From assembly GCF_018350175.1 (NCBI RefSeq), contig NC_058368.1, positions 186,374,001 through 186,438,000 of the forward strand: 64,000 bases of DNA. Reading direction: 5' to 3'. Made by a program: the position numbers and the translations under genes. This document shows, piece by piece, positions 12,341 through 26,413 of the stretch. Within the stretch, counting starts at the first letter, position 1. Every line of letters begins with the position of its first letter. The notes under the pieces were generated by a model, which saw only the letters and a program-made list of their open reading frames with translations, did not search any database and was not told the DNA's origin. This DNA is from Felis catus (taxonomy: Eukaryota).

Positions 12341-12388
<48 letters not shown>

Positions 12389-12451
12389 CCTGCTGCTCCC
12401 CCATTTGCACTGTCTCTGTTTCTCTCAAAATAAATACATACACTTAAAAAA
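12216..12451 (+). mobile_element. Carnivore SINE
   Basis: Head ggggcacctgggtggctcag, long (CT)n; TSD agaaat(g/a)actgacat. Confidence 0.93.
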
Positions 12452-12870
12452 AGAAATAACTGACATGTTGACAATAGTTATTTTATTTTGAAGAGTGTTT
12501 TAAAGTACGGAAATGTATAGAGAACAGTTACCATCATTCTGTTACCTAGCACGAGAATTACAAACATTTTTTTTTCTTTAGGTAAAATGTTTTGGACAGA
12601 AAATTCCAGATCAAGGTGAAGTTCTATTTGTTTCCTTTCAAATTTTTTTCTACTCCCTTGAGAAAGTCAGATAACGTCTTGAATATGCTATATACTTTAA
12701 AGCACATGTTTTTGTAATTTTACTATGTATGCAGATGTAGAGAATTTAATGTTTTTAATTTATAAAAATGTTGTTACACTCTATCAATATTTCTTTCACT
12801 GTATTGCTTTCTAGACATGCTGTACATATCATAATACAATTTTATATTCCCCACTGGATAAATGGTTTGG

Positions 12871-13090
12871 TTTTTTTAAATAAATTTTATTTAATTGTTT
12901 TAAAGTGTATTTGAGAGACACAGAGACAGCGTGAGTTGGGGAAGGGCAGAGAGAGACAGGGTGAGAGAGAGAATCCCAAGCAAGCTCCCCGCTGCCGGTG
13001 CCCCGGCCCAGATCCCACAATATTGTGAGATCATGACCTGAGCGGAAACCAGGAGTTGGATGCTCAACCAACTGAGCCACCCAAGCACCT
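12871..13090 (-). mobile_element. Carnivore SINE
   Basis: Typical structure; TSD ggtttggtt. Confidence 0.9.
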
Positions 13091-13099
13091 GGGTTTGGT

Positions 13100-14170
13100 T
13101 ATTTTTTAGATTATAAATAATGTTATAATGCATATCCTTTTATATATCCCTTATACATGTAGGGTTTTATAGTTGTGCATTTTAACCTTTTATTAGATTT
13201 GCAAAACTGGTTTCCAAAGTTGTTTTACCAATACATCATCAGGACTGTTACATGAAAATTCTTGTCTCCTATATACCAAATCTTGATATTTTCAGATTTT
13301 GTTTTGCTAATCTGATTTGACAAAATATATCATTGTTTTAATTTGCCTAAATTTACTATTAAGATTCAGGTTTTTTTTTTTTTAAGTTTAATGGCCCTTT
13401 GGATTTCTTCATATTTGAATTGCCTATGTGTAGTCCTTACCCATTTTATTACTTCATTGTTCATCTATTTCATAGTAATTTATGTTATAATTTAAATACA
13501 TATATATAAATAATATGGGTTTGAACTCTGAAGGTCCACTTATACACAGATATTTTACAGCACAGTACTGTAAATGTATTTTCTTTTCCTTATGATTTTC
13601 TTAATTACATTTTCTCTTCACTATATTATTTCATTTTTAAAATACAGTATAGAATGCATATACAAAAATGTGTTAATTGACTATGTTATTGGTAAGTCTT
13701 CTAGTCAACAGTAGGCTATTATTACAGTGTATATGTTTATGTATATATTACTTTGCCCTTTTATGTTCAAATAGGCTCTCAGTCTATTACTTTGTTTACA
13801 ATATATTGTCATATATTTTTTAATTTCATATTGTAAACTTTATTTTGTTTTTCCTTAATAACATGTGATCTAGGGTGCTACCTAATAAATCATGTCCTCC
13901 TGTGAGTGAAAGTATCTAATACATTTTCTTCTGATAGTTTTAAATTATTTTTTCCATTTAAGTCCTTAATTATCTGAAATATGTTTTTGTGAATGGGGAG
14001 TATTAAGGATCTATTTTCTTGTCCTAATTTTAATGCAATTGTTCTAATGCAAGTGTGGAATAGTCTGTATTTTACTCTCAATTCTGTTCTATTGACTTAT
14101 TTGCTTATATGAACACCATTGTTTTTCACTGTTTGCCTTAAATACCATGTATAATGAATGTTATGCTGTG
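13100..14170 (-). mobile_element. Highly diverged L1M fragments
   Basis: Reverse L1 motifs (ggtttccaaagttg...tcattgttttaatttg). Confidence 0.5.
13513..13723 (+). mobile_element. Tigger2a-like DNA transposon fragment
   Basis: gggtttgaactctgaaggtccacttatacac...cagtactgtaaatgtattttc...gtcaacagtaggctatta, as in Tigger2a/MER28; both termini missing. Confidence 0.8.
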
Positions 14171-14407
14171 CCTCTTCTAGTAAATCTCCTGTTAATAATG
14201 AAGGACTTATGTCTTTACCTGCTGGGAATGCTGTAAGCCCTTTTCCAAATTTCTTTAGTTGAAGAGTCTTGTAATAAGCATGAATCTTTTTCGGAGTAGG
14301 CAATCTTCAATAACATGGATACAAATATTTAGACACCTTCCCAGAACTTGAGAAAAATGTATACAGCCATCTCAGGTTCAAAGCTCCCATGGGTTTGTCC
14401 AGGGCTA

Positions 14408-14626
14408 ATTTTTTTTTCATTTTTAAAAAGTTTATTTATTTGGAGAGAGAGAAAGAGAGACTGTGCAAGTGGTGGAGGCATAAACAAAGAAGGAGAGAGA
14501 GAATCCCAAGCAGGTTCTGCAGTGTCAGCACAGAGCCCAATGCAGGTTGGATCTCACAAACCCTGAGATCATGACCTGAGCTTGCCAATAGTAAGTTTCT
14601 TAACTGACTGAGTCACCCAAGCTCCT
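14408..14626 (-). mobile_element. Carnivore SINE
   Basis: gagaatcccaagcagg...gagatcatgacctgag...ctgagtcaccca. Confidence 0.88.
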
Positions 14627-14819
14627 CACAGGGCCATTCCTGAGATTGCAAATTCTCTAGTACAATCCCTTCCTTTCCACAGGTGGTAATCCCAGAAGCA
14701 CTAAGAAACTGCCTGCATGCCATCCCTCTGTTTTATAATCTTCAGTTCAGGGAATGAAGCCTGTGACTCAATGCAGATTTCATTGGAAACCTTCCAGTTC
14801 CTGGCCTTTTGCACAAACT

Positions 14820-14837
14820 TCTCTCTCTCTCTCTCTT

Positions 14838-14906
<69 letters not shown>

Positions 14907-15068
14907 GGTATACAATATATATATACAGTACATACACAATATACATATATATTATATGCAAATTTCTCTCTATATATATTGTATAATATAATATATATAT
15001 ACAACACACACACATATATGTATATATATTATACAATACAAACACACACATATACACACGCATATATA
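14820..15068. repeat. Compound (CT)n(GT)n(AT)n microsatellite
   Basis: Seen directly; source of several spurious ORFs. Confidence 0.92.
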
Positions 15069-16822
15069 TGTTTTCATATCTTATATTTCTAAGTGGTAAG
15101 CTACTTGTTCTTGAAAATATTTGTGAATATGCCACAACAAGGAATTAGACCATATATGCAATTTTTTAAATATAACCAAAGAGGGTTATGAAAGAACCAA
15201 TTATGGAAATACACACACTAAGCATTTTTTTCAACATTTCAACAAGCCTCTAGATCTAGTATGTACTAGACTTTACATGTGATTCCCGAGATTCAGACAA
15301 AGAGGCTGAGTACTGTCATCATGAAGCTCATTGCCTACCTTTCGGTTTCTCTTTTAACCACTATGTCAATACTTCTTTTGATTTTCATGTGTTTGAAATA
15401 CTGTGGTTAAAATATTCTTTTTCTGTGTGTGTTTAGTAATTTGTTTAGCAAACAGTCAGTAGTAGTTATATGCCAAATACTGAAGTGGTTTTTAAGGGGG
15501 AAACAAGGAAAGCAAGACACCTGATCTGTCCTAAGGTAGAACGTGACAAGTGTGAAATGACCATGTGGCAAATAGGCTCTCAACTGGGATATGTGGAGGT
15601 GCAGAAGGCAGTGGACATTTATGTGAGGGAGACTTGAAGGCTCAATTTTATTCCACTGGAAAATGGATTCTCTGTTTTTGTTTCAATCATCTATTGTAGA
15701 CCACTCTTATTCCATATTTGCTTGGAAAACATTTTGAAATCTTAATCTGTCTTTTTTTCCTCTCCTTCATTTTACTTTAATTTTCCCCTCTTTAGGCAGT
15801 TGGCAAATTTTGTCCTTTTTTCCTTCAGGCGAGTTTGTGGCCTGGCAGAAAGCAATGAATACACTTTTACCTCCAAAATTTTGTGTCCAGAAAGCCCTAT
15901 AGTGGTAAGCATATACAAGGTGATTTGAAAAAGCGTGAAAAAAGAAAGATTTCATTCAGATTCCAAGATTACCCCAGGCTAGGGGAGTAGAGAAATATGG
16001 ACATATACATAGATCTGGGAAAAATAGGATTGCGATACCGTGCTTCCCAGCTACAACATCTGAAAGGCAAGGAACCAGCATAGAAATAATAGCATGGTAC
16101 ATCAGTCAAATGGGATTACAAGCAGAAGTTTGCCCCCCAGGAATAACTCAGAAACCATGGAGAACCACTAGATGTCACAGGGCCACATAGGCAGGGACAA
16201 TGATAATTCACTGTCAACTCTGAGCTGATGTTTGAGAACAGATGCCCTGTCCTCAGTCTATGTCTTGGCACTGAATAACACCCTATAGCTGTAGCATCAG
16301 GAAGGAAGAAGTTTCATTTTTTGCATACCAGAATTTTCCAACAAAGATTTATGTTATGTCTACAACAAATGTATATTGTGGTCTTCTGTTTATTATTTGC
16401 CTTTTATTCAAATACTGCTTCTTTTGTTGTTTTATAATCCTTCTTTAGGACTTTGTATGAGGTCAAGATAAGAAAAGGATTTACAGAGAAAATGTGAGCT
16501 GGTGCAGATATAAGCAATAAACTAGTTTTCTTCTCAAAAACCATTTTTTTTTTGGCCTCAGTCTTTAGCTGCAAAATGATGTTTCATATGCAGCGGTGGT
16601 GGTGGAATTACTAATCATTCACAGACTTGATGCCTAACTTTTATTCATTAGCTGCTCATTTTCTCAGAGATTTCTGAATGTATAATCCAAGGAATGGATC
16701 TTTTATGATGAATATCACTTGCTAATCCTCTTTACCTTGCAACTCATATTCCAGTTTGCAACTTAAAATGTCAATTTCACCACCAAATCTACCCTTTCCC
16801 AATTTCCTCCCCCAAATAACTG

Positions 16823-17040
16823 TTTTTTTTTTTTTTTCAACGTTTATTTATTTTTGGGACAGAGAGAGACAGAGCATGAACGGGGGAGGGGCAGAGAGAG
16901 AGGGAGACACAGAATCGGAAACAGGCTCCAGGCTCTGAGCCATCAGCCCAGAGCCCGACGCAGGGCTCGAACTCACGGACCGCGAGATCGTGACCTGGGT
17001 GAAGTCGGACGCTTAACCAACTGCGCCACCCAGGCGCCCC
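16823..17040 (-). mobile_element. Young felid SINE (SINEC_Fc)
   Basis: CpG-rich, near consensus; TSD ccccaaataactg. Confidence 0.97.
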
Positions 17041-17079
17041 CAAATAACTGGTTTTGATTCTTCAATTATGTATTCTTAC

Positions 17080-17275
17080 AGCACGTAGCACTTCTATTAT
17101 GCACTTACCATAATAATAGTTACATTATTTTTTACATAATTCTTTGACTAAGGATCTCCTTTCTTCCACTTAGAATGCAAACTTTTGTTTAAAGAGTTAC
17201 TTCTATAGCACCTAATACAATGTTTGACACATAATAAGTATTTAATAAATATTGATTGAGTGAACATGGGAATGA
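17080..17275 (+). mobile_element. L2 3' end
   Basis: tagcacctaatacaatgtttgacacataataagtatttaataaatatt...tgagtgaa. Confidence 0.65.
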
Positions 17276-18008
17276 GTAAACTTCAGTTTATCACTTCCAT
17301 TCTTCTCTACTACTTATATATGAGTATATATATAATATAAATGTGTGAATATGAATATACACATACATATATTCATAAAAGATTACATTTTTATAATTGT
17401 CATTTTACAGTGGATAGAAAGAAACTCATGTAGTAACATTTCACATGAGAATAGAAGAGATTGAAAAACTGCAAGTTGAATGAAGGATTTTTTTGGATTC
17501 TTTTCTACAGTCTCTGCAGTTAGATCAAGCTTGCTTAATATTCCATTAACACATGTTCAGGGAGATCTATGTGGCCAGATAAGAACCATGGTGTGATGAG
17601 TAACTCCAGGTTGCTACTCAGTTATAGTTCTTTCCTGGAGTGCTCATGTATTTGCACATCTGAGGGAGATTTATAGAGCTCCTAGATTTTATGCAAAAAA
17701 AAATTATTGAGAAAAAAATTAATTATGTACCTCTAACACTTGCAGTGTGCTGGGTAGCAGAATCTGAATATAGAAAGCATTGTCAATAGAAGCATGAATA
17801 TGGCAAAAGAAAAATGCAGTTCCCAAAGTGTCCAAAATAACCCATTATATACTACTTGTAATTTGTCACATCACACCAATCAGTTACATTTGAAGGTCTT
17901 GGGTTAAACACAAGTCCCTTAAGATTTGTAAAATATGAAAGATGAATTCACTTTAGCCTCCAGTACCTGACTGCTTAAGACAGGTGCCTTCATTTTAGCT
18001 GCAATTAA

Positions 18009-18349
18009 ACACACACATGTGCGCACACACACACACACACACATATACATATATATAGGTATATACCATATCTATATGTGTATATATACATACATATACA
18101 CATATACATATGTATATATGTATATACATATATACATATACATATATATACACATACACGTATATATATATAGGTATATACGTGTATGTGTATATATGTA
18201 TATATGTATATATGTATATATGTATATGTGTATATGTGTATATGTGTATATATGTATATATATATATTACTCACAGGTGTGTGTGTATATGTATATATAC
18301 ACACACACATATATATATATAACTGTAGAAAATATGTATACATATATAT
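18009..18349. repeat. Long compound CA/TA/TG dinucleotide tract
   Basis: Seen directly. Confidence 0.93.
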
Positions 18350-19240
18350 TCTAGAAGTGAAGCGCAGTAACAGGCAATTCATTTCTTTGTAATGTGCTCT
18401 GGATCAGAAACTCCATAAACACATTACTGAATATGTTGTCTTAAATGTAAAATAAACATTAAAGCCAACTCTGGCCATTTCTGTTTTACTTCTATTTCTG
18501 ATGCACAAGACTAGGAAACAACTTTTAAAAGACACTCATCTTGCCTTCAAGCTTTGTTATATTTTGTTTAAATCTTACTTTTATTTATTGCATATATCAG
18601 TGAAATAGGGCATAATTTGAGTATTTAATTGAAAATATAAGTAATGCTGTACAAATGTTTACGTGGTTGCAAATAATGTTATTCAACCATTTAAGTAAGT
18701 ACCAATGTGTGGGTGATTAGAATATAAGAGTGCATAGATATTATTGAGAAAATCACCTATTTTATCAGTACTTTATTTTTATTTACCTCTATAATAGAAA
18801 GATAGATATAAATGTATACCTAGTTCTAATGTTCTTCACTTGGGATTATTTATAAGAAAATCACAATAGCTGTTACAATATTGCATTGTGAGAACTGTGC
18901 TTATTTTATTTAGTGTGGATTTTTGTTTTTAGATAAGTGTGTAGGTGTTTAGGTGTCAGCCATATGACATCCCTGTGTACTCTGAAAATTACCCGGAAAG
19001 CTACAGGCAATGTTACATCAAAGCTGGAAAAGAATAAAATCTCAAGAATTCTTATTAAATTATTGTCTTACTTGGTTGGTGCCACTGAATATTCACTGCT
19101 AGATAGATCAGAAACTCAATAGAAGAAATGACGATATTCTTAGAATTTGCATGAAGGCAGAAAGAGGGGAGTAGGAGAATAGGAAGTGATATAGATCTAC
19201 ACTGGGGCAAAAAAGACCTACCTATACTTTGTTACTCCTT

Positions 19241-19700
19241 TGCATTAGTAAGGATTCTATAGACAATTAGAACCAACAGCATATAAAGAGATTTATTATG
19301 AGGAATTTGTTCACATGGTTATGGAGGCTGAGTATTCCAACAATCAGCAGTCACAAGCTGGAGACTCAGGAGAGCTGGTGATGTAAGTCGCAGTCTGAGA
19401 ACCAAGAGAGCCAATGATGTTACATGTCAGTCCAAGTGCAAGAAGAAAACCTACTTCTCAGCTCAAAAACTCTCAGGCAGAGAGCAAATTCCACATTTCT
19501 CTGCCTTTTTGTTCTATTCAGATCCTTAATAAATCTGATGCCACCCATATTGGGAGGGAAATCTGCTTTATTCAATCTACTGATGCAAATGCTGACCTCA
19601 TACAGAAACACCTTCACAGACATATCTAGAGGTAATATTTAACCAAATATCTGAGCATCCCATGGCCTACTCAAGTTGATATACAAAATTAATTATCACA
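19241..19700 (-). mobile_element. MLT2-type (ERVL) solo LTR
   Basis: tgcattagtaagg...gagatttattatgaggaatt...caagttgatatacaaaattaattatcaca; near-TSD ccttt/cctat. Confidence 0.87.
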
Positions 19701-19737
19701 CCTATTTTTATTCCGAATATCTTTCGTTGTAAGCATG

Positions 19738-19930
19738 CCTGGGTTCAAAATTGCTTCACTACTCTCAAGTTATAAATGCTCTGTGCCTTGACTTTCCCTC
19801 ATCTGTGTCAGAGATAACTGACAGATAACCCTGTTGTAAGGTTTAAGTGAAATAATACATTTAAATTGCAAGGTACAATGCAGGCCTTATCAGTAAGCAC
19901 TCAATGAGTGTTATTTGTTATTAGCATTAT
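19738..19930 (+). mobile_element. MIR SINE
   Basis: cctgggttcaaa...ctctgtgcctt...ctcatctgt...gtaagcactcaat. Confidence 0.7.
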
Positions 19931-21090
19931 TAACATGAATAGAAATAATAAAAGTTTGAGCGCATCTAAAATCTACTATCTTGGTTTTCAAGAGAGCCAG
20001 CATGTACAAGTCTATCACTGGCCTACAGGGCAGAGAGTCAGAAATATTAGACCAACAGCATGACTGGCTGCCATGGAAAGCCGGTCACGTGAAGGTCAAA
20101 TAACAGTTGCATAGAAAAGTGACAGGAAACATAAAGTCAGCTACTCTTCTTTGAGTCTCTTGGCCTTATTCACTGGTAAAGATGCATAGCTTCCACCTGG
20201 TCCAAAACTTCTGTCATAATGATGAGATATTTTGCTGTTCATGTAACTGGCTCATCCTGGATCTATTTTACTTCAACAGTATTCTCATTGAGACTCCTTC
20301 AGCCATCTATTTTCAGGGACACATCTCAGAAATTTTAAGACCTAGAAAAGCCTTACCTCAGAAATATATAGCAGTATTTACCCTCTGAACACCAGCCCCA
20401 TCAGTCCAAATTTTTACTCATATCATTCTCACCCATTCTGCTCCTTATTCTCATGGAGAGTTCCAATCTGTTGGTCTGTCTGATTTCCTCAACCTATACA
20501 CCTCTTCTTGGTATCTTTTCCCGACTCTAATGGAACCACAAGCTTGATTGTCTTAATGGTTTCTCACCAGTAGTACCAACTGGCAGGCAAACTTATCTAA
20601 CAATGTATCTGTCAGGAAAACAACTCTATTCTGAATGCAAAACATTTCAGATTACTGCTTACTTTTGGAAAAAAATTTTAAAACATTATGTTTATAAACA
20701 TGCTAAATCCATTGTGTCCAAAATTACCATGATTCTCTGTGCATGCATCATTCATTTGACTTATTCTTGGTTGGTCTGAGACCTCCTATTCTCTAATGCC
20801 TATTCTAAGGCTTCATCTCTGAGCCAGCTAGATCCATCGTCTCTCTGTACTCAAATGATTCTATAGGAAGTATTTGGTAAGTAAAGATTCAGGAGATTTT
20901 ATTGAACACATGATGCCCTCCATGACTGAAAAAAGCAGACATTCGAGGGGATTGCATAAATTTCAATATCCATCTTCCTTTCTAATGAAATCTGCCAAAG
21001 AACATACTTAAAGTATTATTAAGAACATGTTACTGTGTATAGATTTTAAATTACATAACTCAAAAAATAAAATAAGAGTATGGACCACCA

Positions 21091-21310
21091 GGGGCTTCTG
21101 GGTGGCCCAGTCGGTTAAGCGTCCAACTTCCACTCAGGTCATGATCTCATGGCTTGTGAGTTCGAGCCTCATGTCTGGCTTTGTGCTGACAGCTCAGAGC
21201 CTGGAGCCTGCTTCAAATTCTGTCCACCCCCCCTCTCTACCCCTCCCCTGCTCATGCTCTGTCTCTCTCTGTGTCTCAAAAATAAATAAACATTAAAAAA
21301 TTTAAAAAAA
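21091..21310 (+). mobile_element. Felid SINE
   Basis: Typical structure; TSD aagagta(t/a)ggaccacca. Confidence 0.93.
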
Positions 21311-23066
21311 GAGTAAGGACCACCAATTATTATTTTTAATTCATGACAGCTCTTGTGATTTTTAAAAATATATACTGTATGAAATCACTTCAATTATTTT
21401 TCCTACCTTGGTGCTCCTATTTTGCTGGAATTTATGCAGATGTTTAATTTACCTATTGGGTAATACAAAACTTAACACCAGAAAGACTTGCATGTAAAAA
21501 AGAAGGGAGTGTGATGAAAAATATTGAGAAATTTTGCAACTTTAATTCTTTGTATTGGGAAATCCTTTCCCATTCTTTAATATTGTAAGTAATTCATGAA
21601 TTGATCTCCTTGCTCCTCATGCTATGACTCAAAAATGTAAATTTATATAGTTATTATATCAGAGGGAGAAATGGGCACTGTGGACTTTTTATACCTTTCC
21701 CATCTTAACTCATGTTTACAAAAGGCTGTAAATGCGTCCAAAAAATGAACCCTGTGTGTTGAATAGAAATATTTTAACTCATTTGGCTGCAAAACTATAA
21801 AAGAAAGTGATTTTTTTAGATGTGTGTCCATTGAAAGCCACCCACATCAAAAAGATTCATTAAAGATTGGGTCAATGGTAACAGATTTTAAATTTTACTG
21901 ATCAGTTCATTTTCAATTTCACTTTAATCTTAGACCTCCACATTTTTTCAATAACAGACTTAATGATATATCATTCAATTCAGACAGTATAAAATTCACC
22001 TCTAAAGTATTACAATTCAATAGTTTTTGGTTTATTCACAAGGTTGTGTAATCACCACTGCTATCTAATTCCAGAAAGCTTTTCACACTGGAAAGAAACT
22101 CCGGACTCATTAGCATTCAGTCTATTTTCCCCTCTCCCCAAGCCCCTGCTAACTACTAGTTTACTTTTTATTTCAATGAATTTGCCTATTCTGAACATAT
22201 CATAGAGATGGAACTATACAAAATGTGGGCAATTGAACTAACTTCTTTCACTTAACAAAATGTTTTCAAGGTTCATCCATATTGCAGCATGTATGAGTAC
22301 TTAATTCTTCTTTCTATTTAGACTAGTTTTACATTCACAGAAAAATTGTGGGAGAAAATAGTAAAGTATGATCCCATACACACTGCATCCAGCTTCCCTT
22401 ACATTAGCATGGTACATTTGGTACAATTAATGAACCAATATTAATATATTATTATTAACTAAAATCTATACTTTCTATTTCCCTAGTTTTTATCTAATGA
22501 CATTTTTCTGCTTCACAGTCTCACCCAGGATATTACATTACATTTAGTCACCATGACTTTTAGGCACCTCTTGCCTGTGACTGTTGCTCAGAATTTCCTT
22601 GTTCTCAATTACTTGCACCATTTTGAAGAGTATTTTTCAAACATTTTGCAGAATGTCCCTGTATTATGATATGTCTAATGTTTTACTTATGATTAGTTTG
22701 GGGATATGGGCTTGGGGGACTAAGACTCTAAAGATAAAGTGCCATTGTCATCTCGCATCAGGGGTACTTAATATCAGCAGGATTCATTATTGTTGATATC
22801 AACTTTGAAAATGTGGCTGAAATAGTGTTTGTCATATTCTTCTACTGTAAAGTTATTCTTTCCCCTGCTTTTCCATGCTGTACTCTTTGGAAGGTAGTCA
22901 CTATGTGCAGGCCACATTTAAGATAAAAGGAATTATGACCCATCTGCTTGAAAGCAAAGTATCTACATAAATTGTTTATAATTTTTCTGCATAAGAGAAT
23001 TCCTTTTTCCCCCATTTATTTACTTCTTCAAACTTTACTTATACCAAAACTTTACTCAGTTTATTT

Positions 23067-23305
23067 CTTTTTTTAAAGTTTATGTATTTATTTATTTTGA
23101 CAGAGATAGAGACAGAGAGAGCATAAGTGCACAAGCACATGAGTGGGTGAGAGGCAGAGAGAGAGGGAAACAGAGAATCCCAAGTAGGCTCCATGCTGAC
23201 AGCACAGAGCACTGATGTGGGGCTTGATCCCACAAACCATGAGATCATGGCCTGAACTGAGATCAAGAGTCAGATGCTCAACCAACTAAGCCACCCAGGT
23301 GCCCC
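23067..23305 (-). mobile_element. Carnivore SINE
   Basis: Ends ccacccaggtgcccc. Confidence 0.92.
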
Positions 23306-24744
23306 TATTAATTTTCTTTCTGAATAATATCCCATTTTATGAGTATACCACATTTTGTTTATTCATTAAATAATTGTACATTTGTTTTATTTCTGTTTTT
23401 TTGAAGTTATTATAAGTAATGTGCTATGAGCGCATTTATATAAATTTTTGTGTGGATGTGCATTTCAATTCCCTTGGGCACATATCCAGGAGTGAAATTG
23501 CTGTGTTGTACAGCAAATCAATATTTAACATATTGAGGAACTGCTAAAGTCTTTTCCTAAGTGTCTTTACCATTTTACAACCCCTGCCACCAAAAATATA
23601 CGAGGGTTCCAATTTCCCCACATCCTTGCCAATATTTATTATTTTCCGTATGTTTTATTTCAGCCATCCCAGTGGGTATGAAGTATCAATTGACTTTGGT
23701 TTGATCCTCATTTCAGTAATGATTAATGATTTTGAGAACCTTGTCATATACTTATTGGCCATTTATATATCTTCTTTGGAAAATGTTTATTCAAATCTTT
23801 TCACTAATTTTTGCTTGAGTTGTTTGTTTTTTTTATTATAGAGGGTAAGAGTTCTTTATTTATTCTGGATACAAGTCCCTTATCAGAATATGATTTTGAA
23901 TTATTTCCCTCATTCTATGGGTTGCTTTTTCACTTTCTTAAAGGTGTCTTTTGAGGTACATCTTTAAAAAATTTTGATGAAATCCAATTTACCTACTTTT
24001 GGAATGTTACCTAAGTTTTAGTGTCATATCTTAAAAAAACAAAAAATAAACAAAAAAACCTGCTTAATCCAAGGATGTGAAAATTTTTTTCTGATCGTTT
24101 CTCCTAAGACTTTTATAGATTTCATTCTTATATTTAGGTCTACAATCAATTTTGAGTTTTTTTTTATAAATTGTATAAGGTAGTTATCCTTTGCATTTGG
24201 ATGTCCAGTTGTCCTAGGAACATTTGCTGAGAAGACAATTATTTTCCAGTTAAATGATCTTGGAACACTTTTCAAATTTAACTGACCATAAATGCAACAT
24301 CTTATTTATGGACTCTCAATTGTATTCCATTGATTTATATGCCTAGCCTTCAACTAGTCCCACACTGTCTTGATTACTTTGTAGTAAGAGATGAAATTGG
24401 GAAGGATGAGTATTACAATTTTGTTCTTTTTAAAACATTGTTTAAGCTCATCTGTGTCCCTTGAATTTCCACAAGGTAATTTATAATTACCTTGTCAACC
24501 TATGCAAAATAGCCAGCAGGGATTTTGATAGAGATTGCATAAAATTTGAAGACAAGTTTAGGGAGTATTGCCATCTTTGGGAGACTTAGTGTTGTACTTG
24601 AAATACTTTTCCATTTATTTAAGTTTTCTTTTGTTCCTTAAAACAGTATTTTGTAGTTTTAAGTATATAAACGTTTTACTTTTTTGCTAAATTTATTCCG
24701 AAGTATTTTATTCTTTTGATGTTATTGTAAATGAAATTGTTTTC

Positions 24745-24959
24745 TTTTTTTTAAAACATTTATTTATTTTTGAGACAGAGAGAGACAGAGCATGAACGGG
24801 GGAGGGTCAGAGAGAGAGAGGAAGACACAGAATCTGAAGCAGGCTCCAGGCTCTGGGCTGTCAGCACAGAGCCCGACGCAGGGCTCAAACTCACAGACCG
24901 CGAGATCATGACCTGAGCTGAGGTCGGATGCTTAACCGACTGAGTCACCCAGGCGCCCC
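24745..24959 (-). mobile_element. Felid SINE
   Basis: Low divergence; TSD tgaaattgttttctt. Confidence 0.95.
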
Positions 24960-26280
24960 TGAAATTGTTTTCTTAACTACAATTATATATGTTTCATTTT
25001 ATTGCTAGTTTATACAAATACAATAGATTTTTGAGCATTACTTTTGTATTTTGATACCTTACTGAACTTGTTTATTTGTCCCAAAATCCTTTACATGAAA
25101 TCCTGCAGGATTTTCTACATAAAAATCATTAGCATCTTTGGATAGACATAGTATAACTTATTCTTTTCCAATATCAACACCTAACTTTGTGCCTTCATGA
25201 ATAGTTGGAGGAGGAAGTTCATCTTCTGTGGTGAAGAGTGGATATCTTACTAGATAGACATGGTCTCTGAGACTGAAACTGAGTCCTACTTAATGTAAAA
25301 GAAATTGAGTAGAAAAAGGGTCAAGTGACGGAGAAAATGAAGGCTATGAAGAAAATGATAAGAAGATGAGGAAGATCATTAATCAAGGAAGTAGGGTATA
25401 GATGAGATCTTCTTAGCCAAACTGAGAGATCTTGTTCCAGGGGTGAGTTAAGTGATAAGTGAAACTGATAATCTTGGATTGACAATACAAACATAACACA
25501 GAATAAAGGCAGAAACAAATTTTCCATGTAAGAATAACTGGCAATATACCTGGTATCTACCAGGCATACACAAATGTAGAACCTGTGTGAAAGGTTCCCA
25601 GGCATATTTGTGGGTTGTGTAATATCTGTGAATCCTTTTTACATACGTATACATGTCTTAAATTCATGTACCATGGGATAGGGGCAGCTGGGACAAAGTA
25701 GCTGGAGTTCATTACGAAGGAAAACCTTATTTTTGGTGAGGAATTCATTCATTCTTTGCTCTCAGCAAGAATTTCAAAAAAAATGTTGGTTTCACCTCTC
25801 AGTCCATGTTCTCACTACTTTTGAAGAAAAACTTACCCCTCAGATCCTCCATTTTCTCTAGTGACTTCAGCTTTAGAGGAGCAAGATCTAGCTCCCCATA
25901 ACTTTTTTGTACTTTGAAATATTTTACTCAGTTATATTAATTAAATTAAGAAGACAACACAAGCACCGTTTCTTCCAGGATGCCATCTGGATCAGATAGC
26001 CCTTATCTTAAATCTAAGTAAAGTAAGATAGAAATAGAAAAATTGAACAAATATATATTCAGTCTTGTGTTGCTGGAGAGACAGAATTTGGAATTGACCT
26101 TCAACAAAGGTAGAGAGGATTTGACAAAATTCCTAGGCTTTCAGTTGAGACCCTAATTTACTACACCTTAGATGCATGGGATATTCCCTAGGATTAAGAG
26201 TGAACCAGAGAAAAAACATTCTTAACAGAACCTTAAAACCCAATTTTGTCTGTACACTAGTGGCTTGGCACGGAAAAAAA

Positions 26281-26413
26281 ATATATGTATATGTGTGTAT
26301 GCATAAATACATATATATACACACGTGTATATGTATATATACATACATGTGTATATGTATATACACACACATATATGTATACTTATATATATGTGTGTAT
26401 ATATACATACATA
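26281..26413. repeat. TA/TG/CA low-complexity tract
   Basis: Seen directly. Confidence 0.88.

Larger units (their letters stand above)
10172..12478 (-). mobile_element. Old L1 (L1MC-like) 3'UTR plus ORF2 3' part, interrupted by two SINEs
   Basis: L1MC-type 3' end (aggttcacagtaaaatt...cattatcacccaaagtccatag...ttcactgccctaaaaatcctctgtgctc); minus-strand ORF fragments resemble the L1 ORF2 C-terminus. Confidence 0.88.
21945..25190 (-). mobile_element. Old L1 (L1MB-like) with a nested L1MC/MD-type 3' end (~22310-23060) and two SINEs
   Basis: L1MB-type 3' end (aaaattcacc...ctatctaattccagaa) breaks at ~22310 and resumes at ~23315, followed by reverse ORF2 motifs. Confidence 0.85.

Noticed and set aside
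14717..18392. Clusters of Y/I/C/V/H/T-rich ORFs
   Set aside because: Translations of dinucleotide microsatellites.
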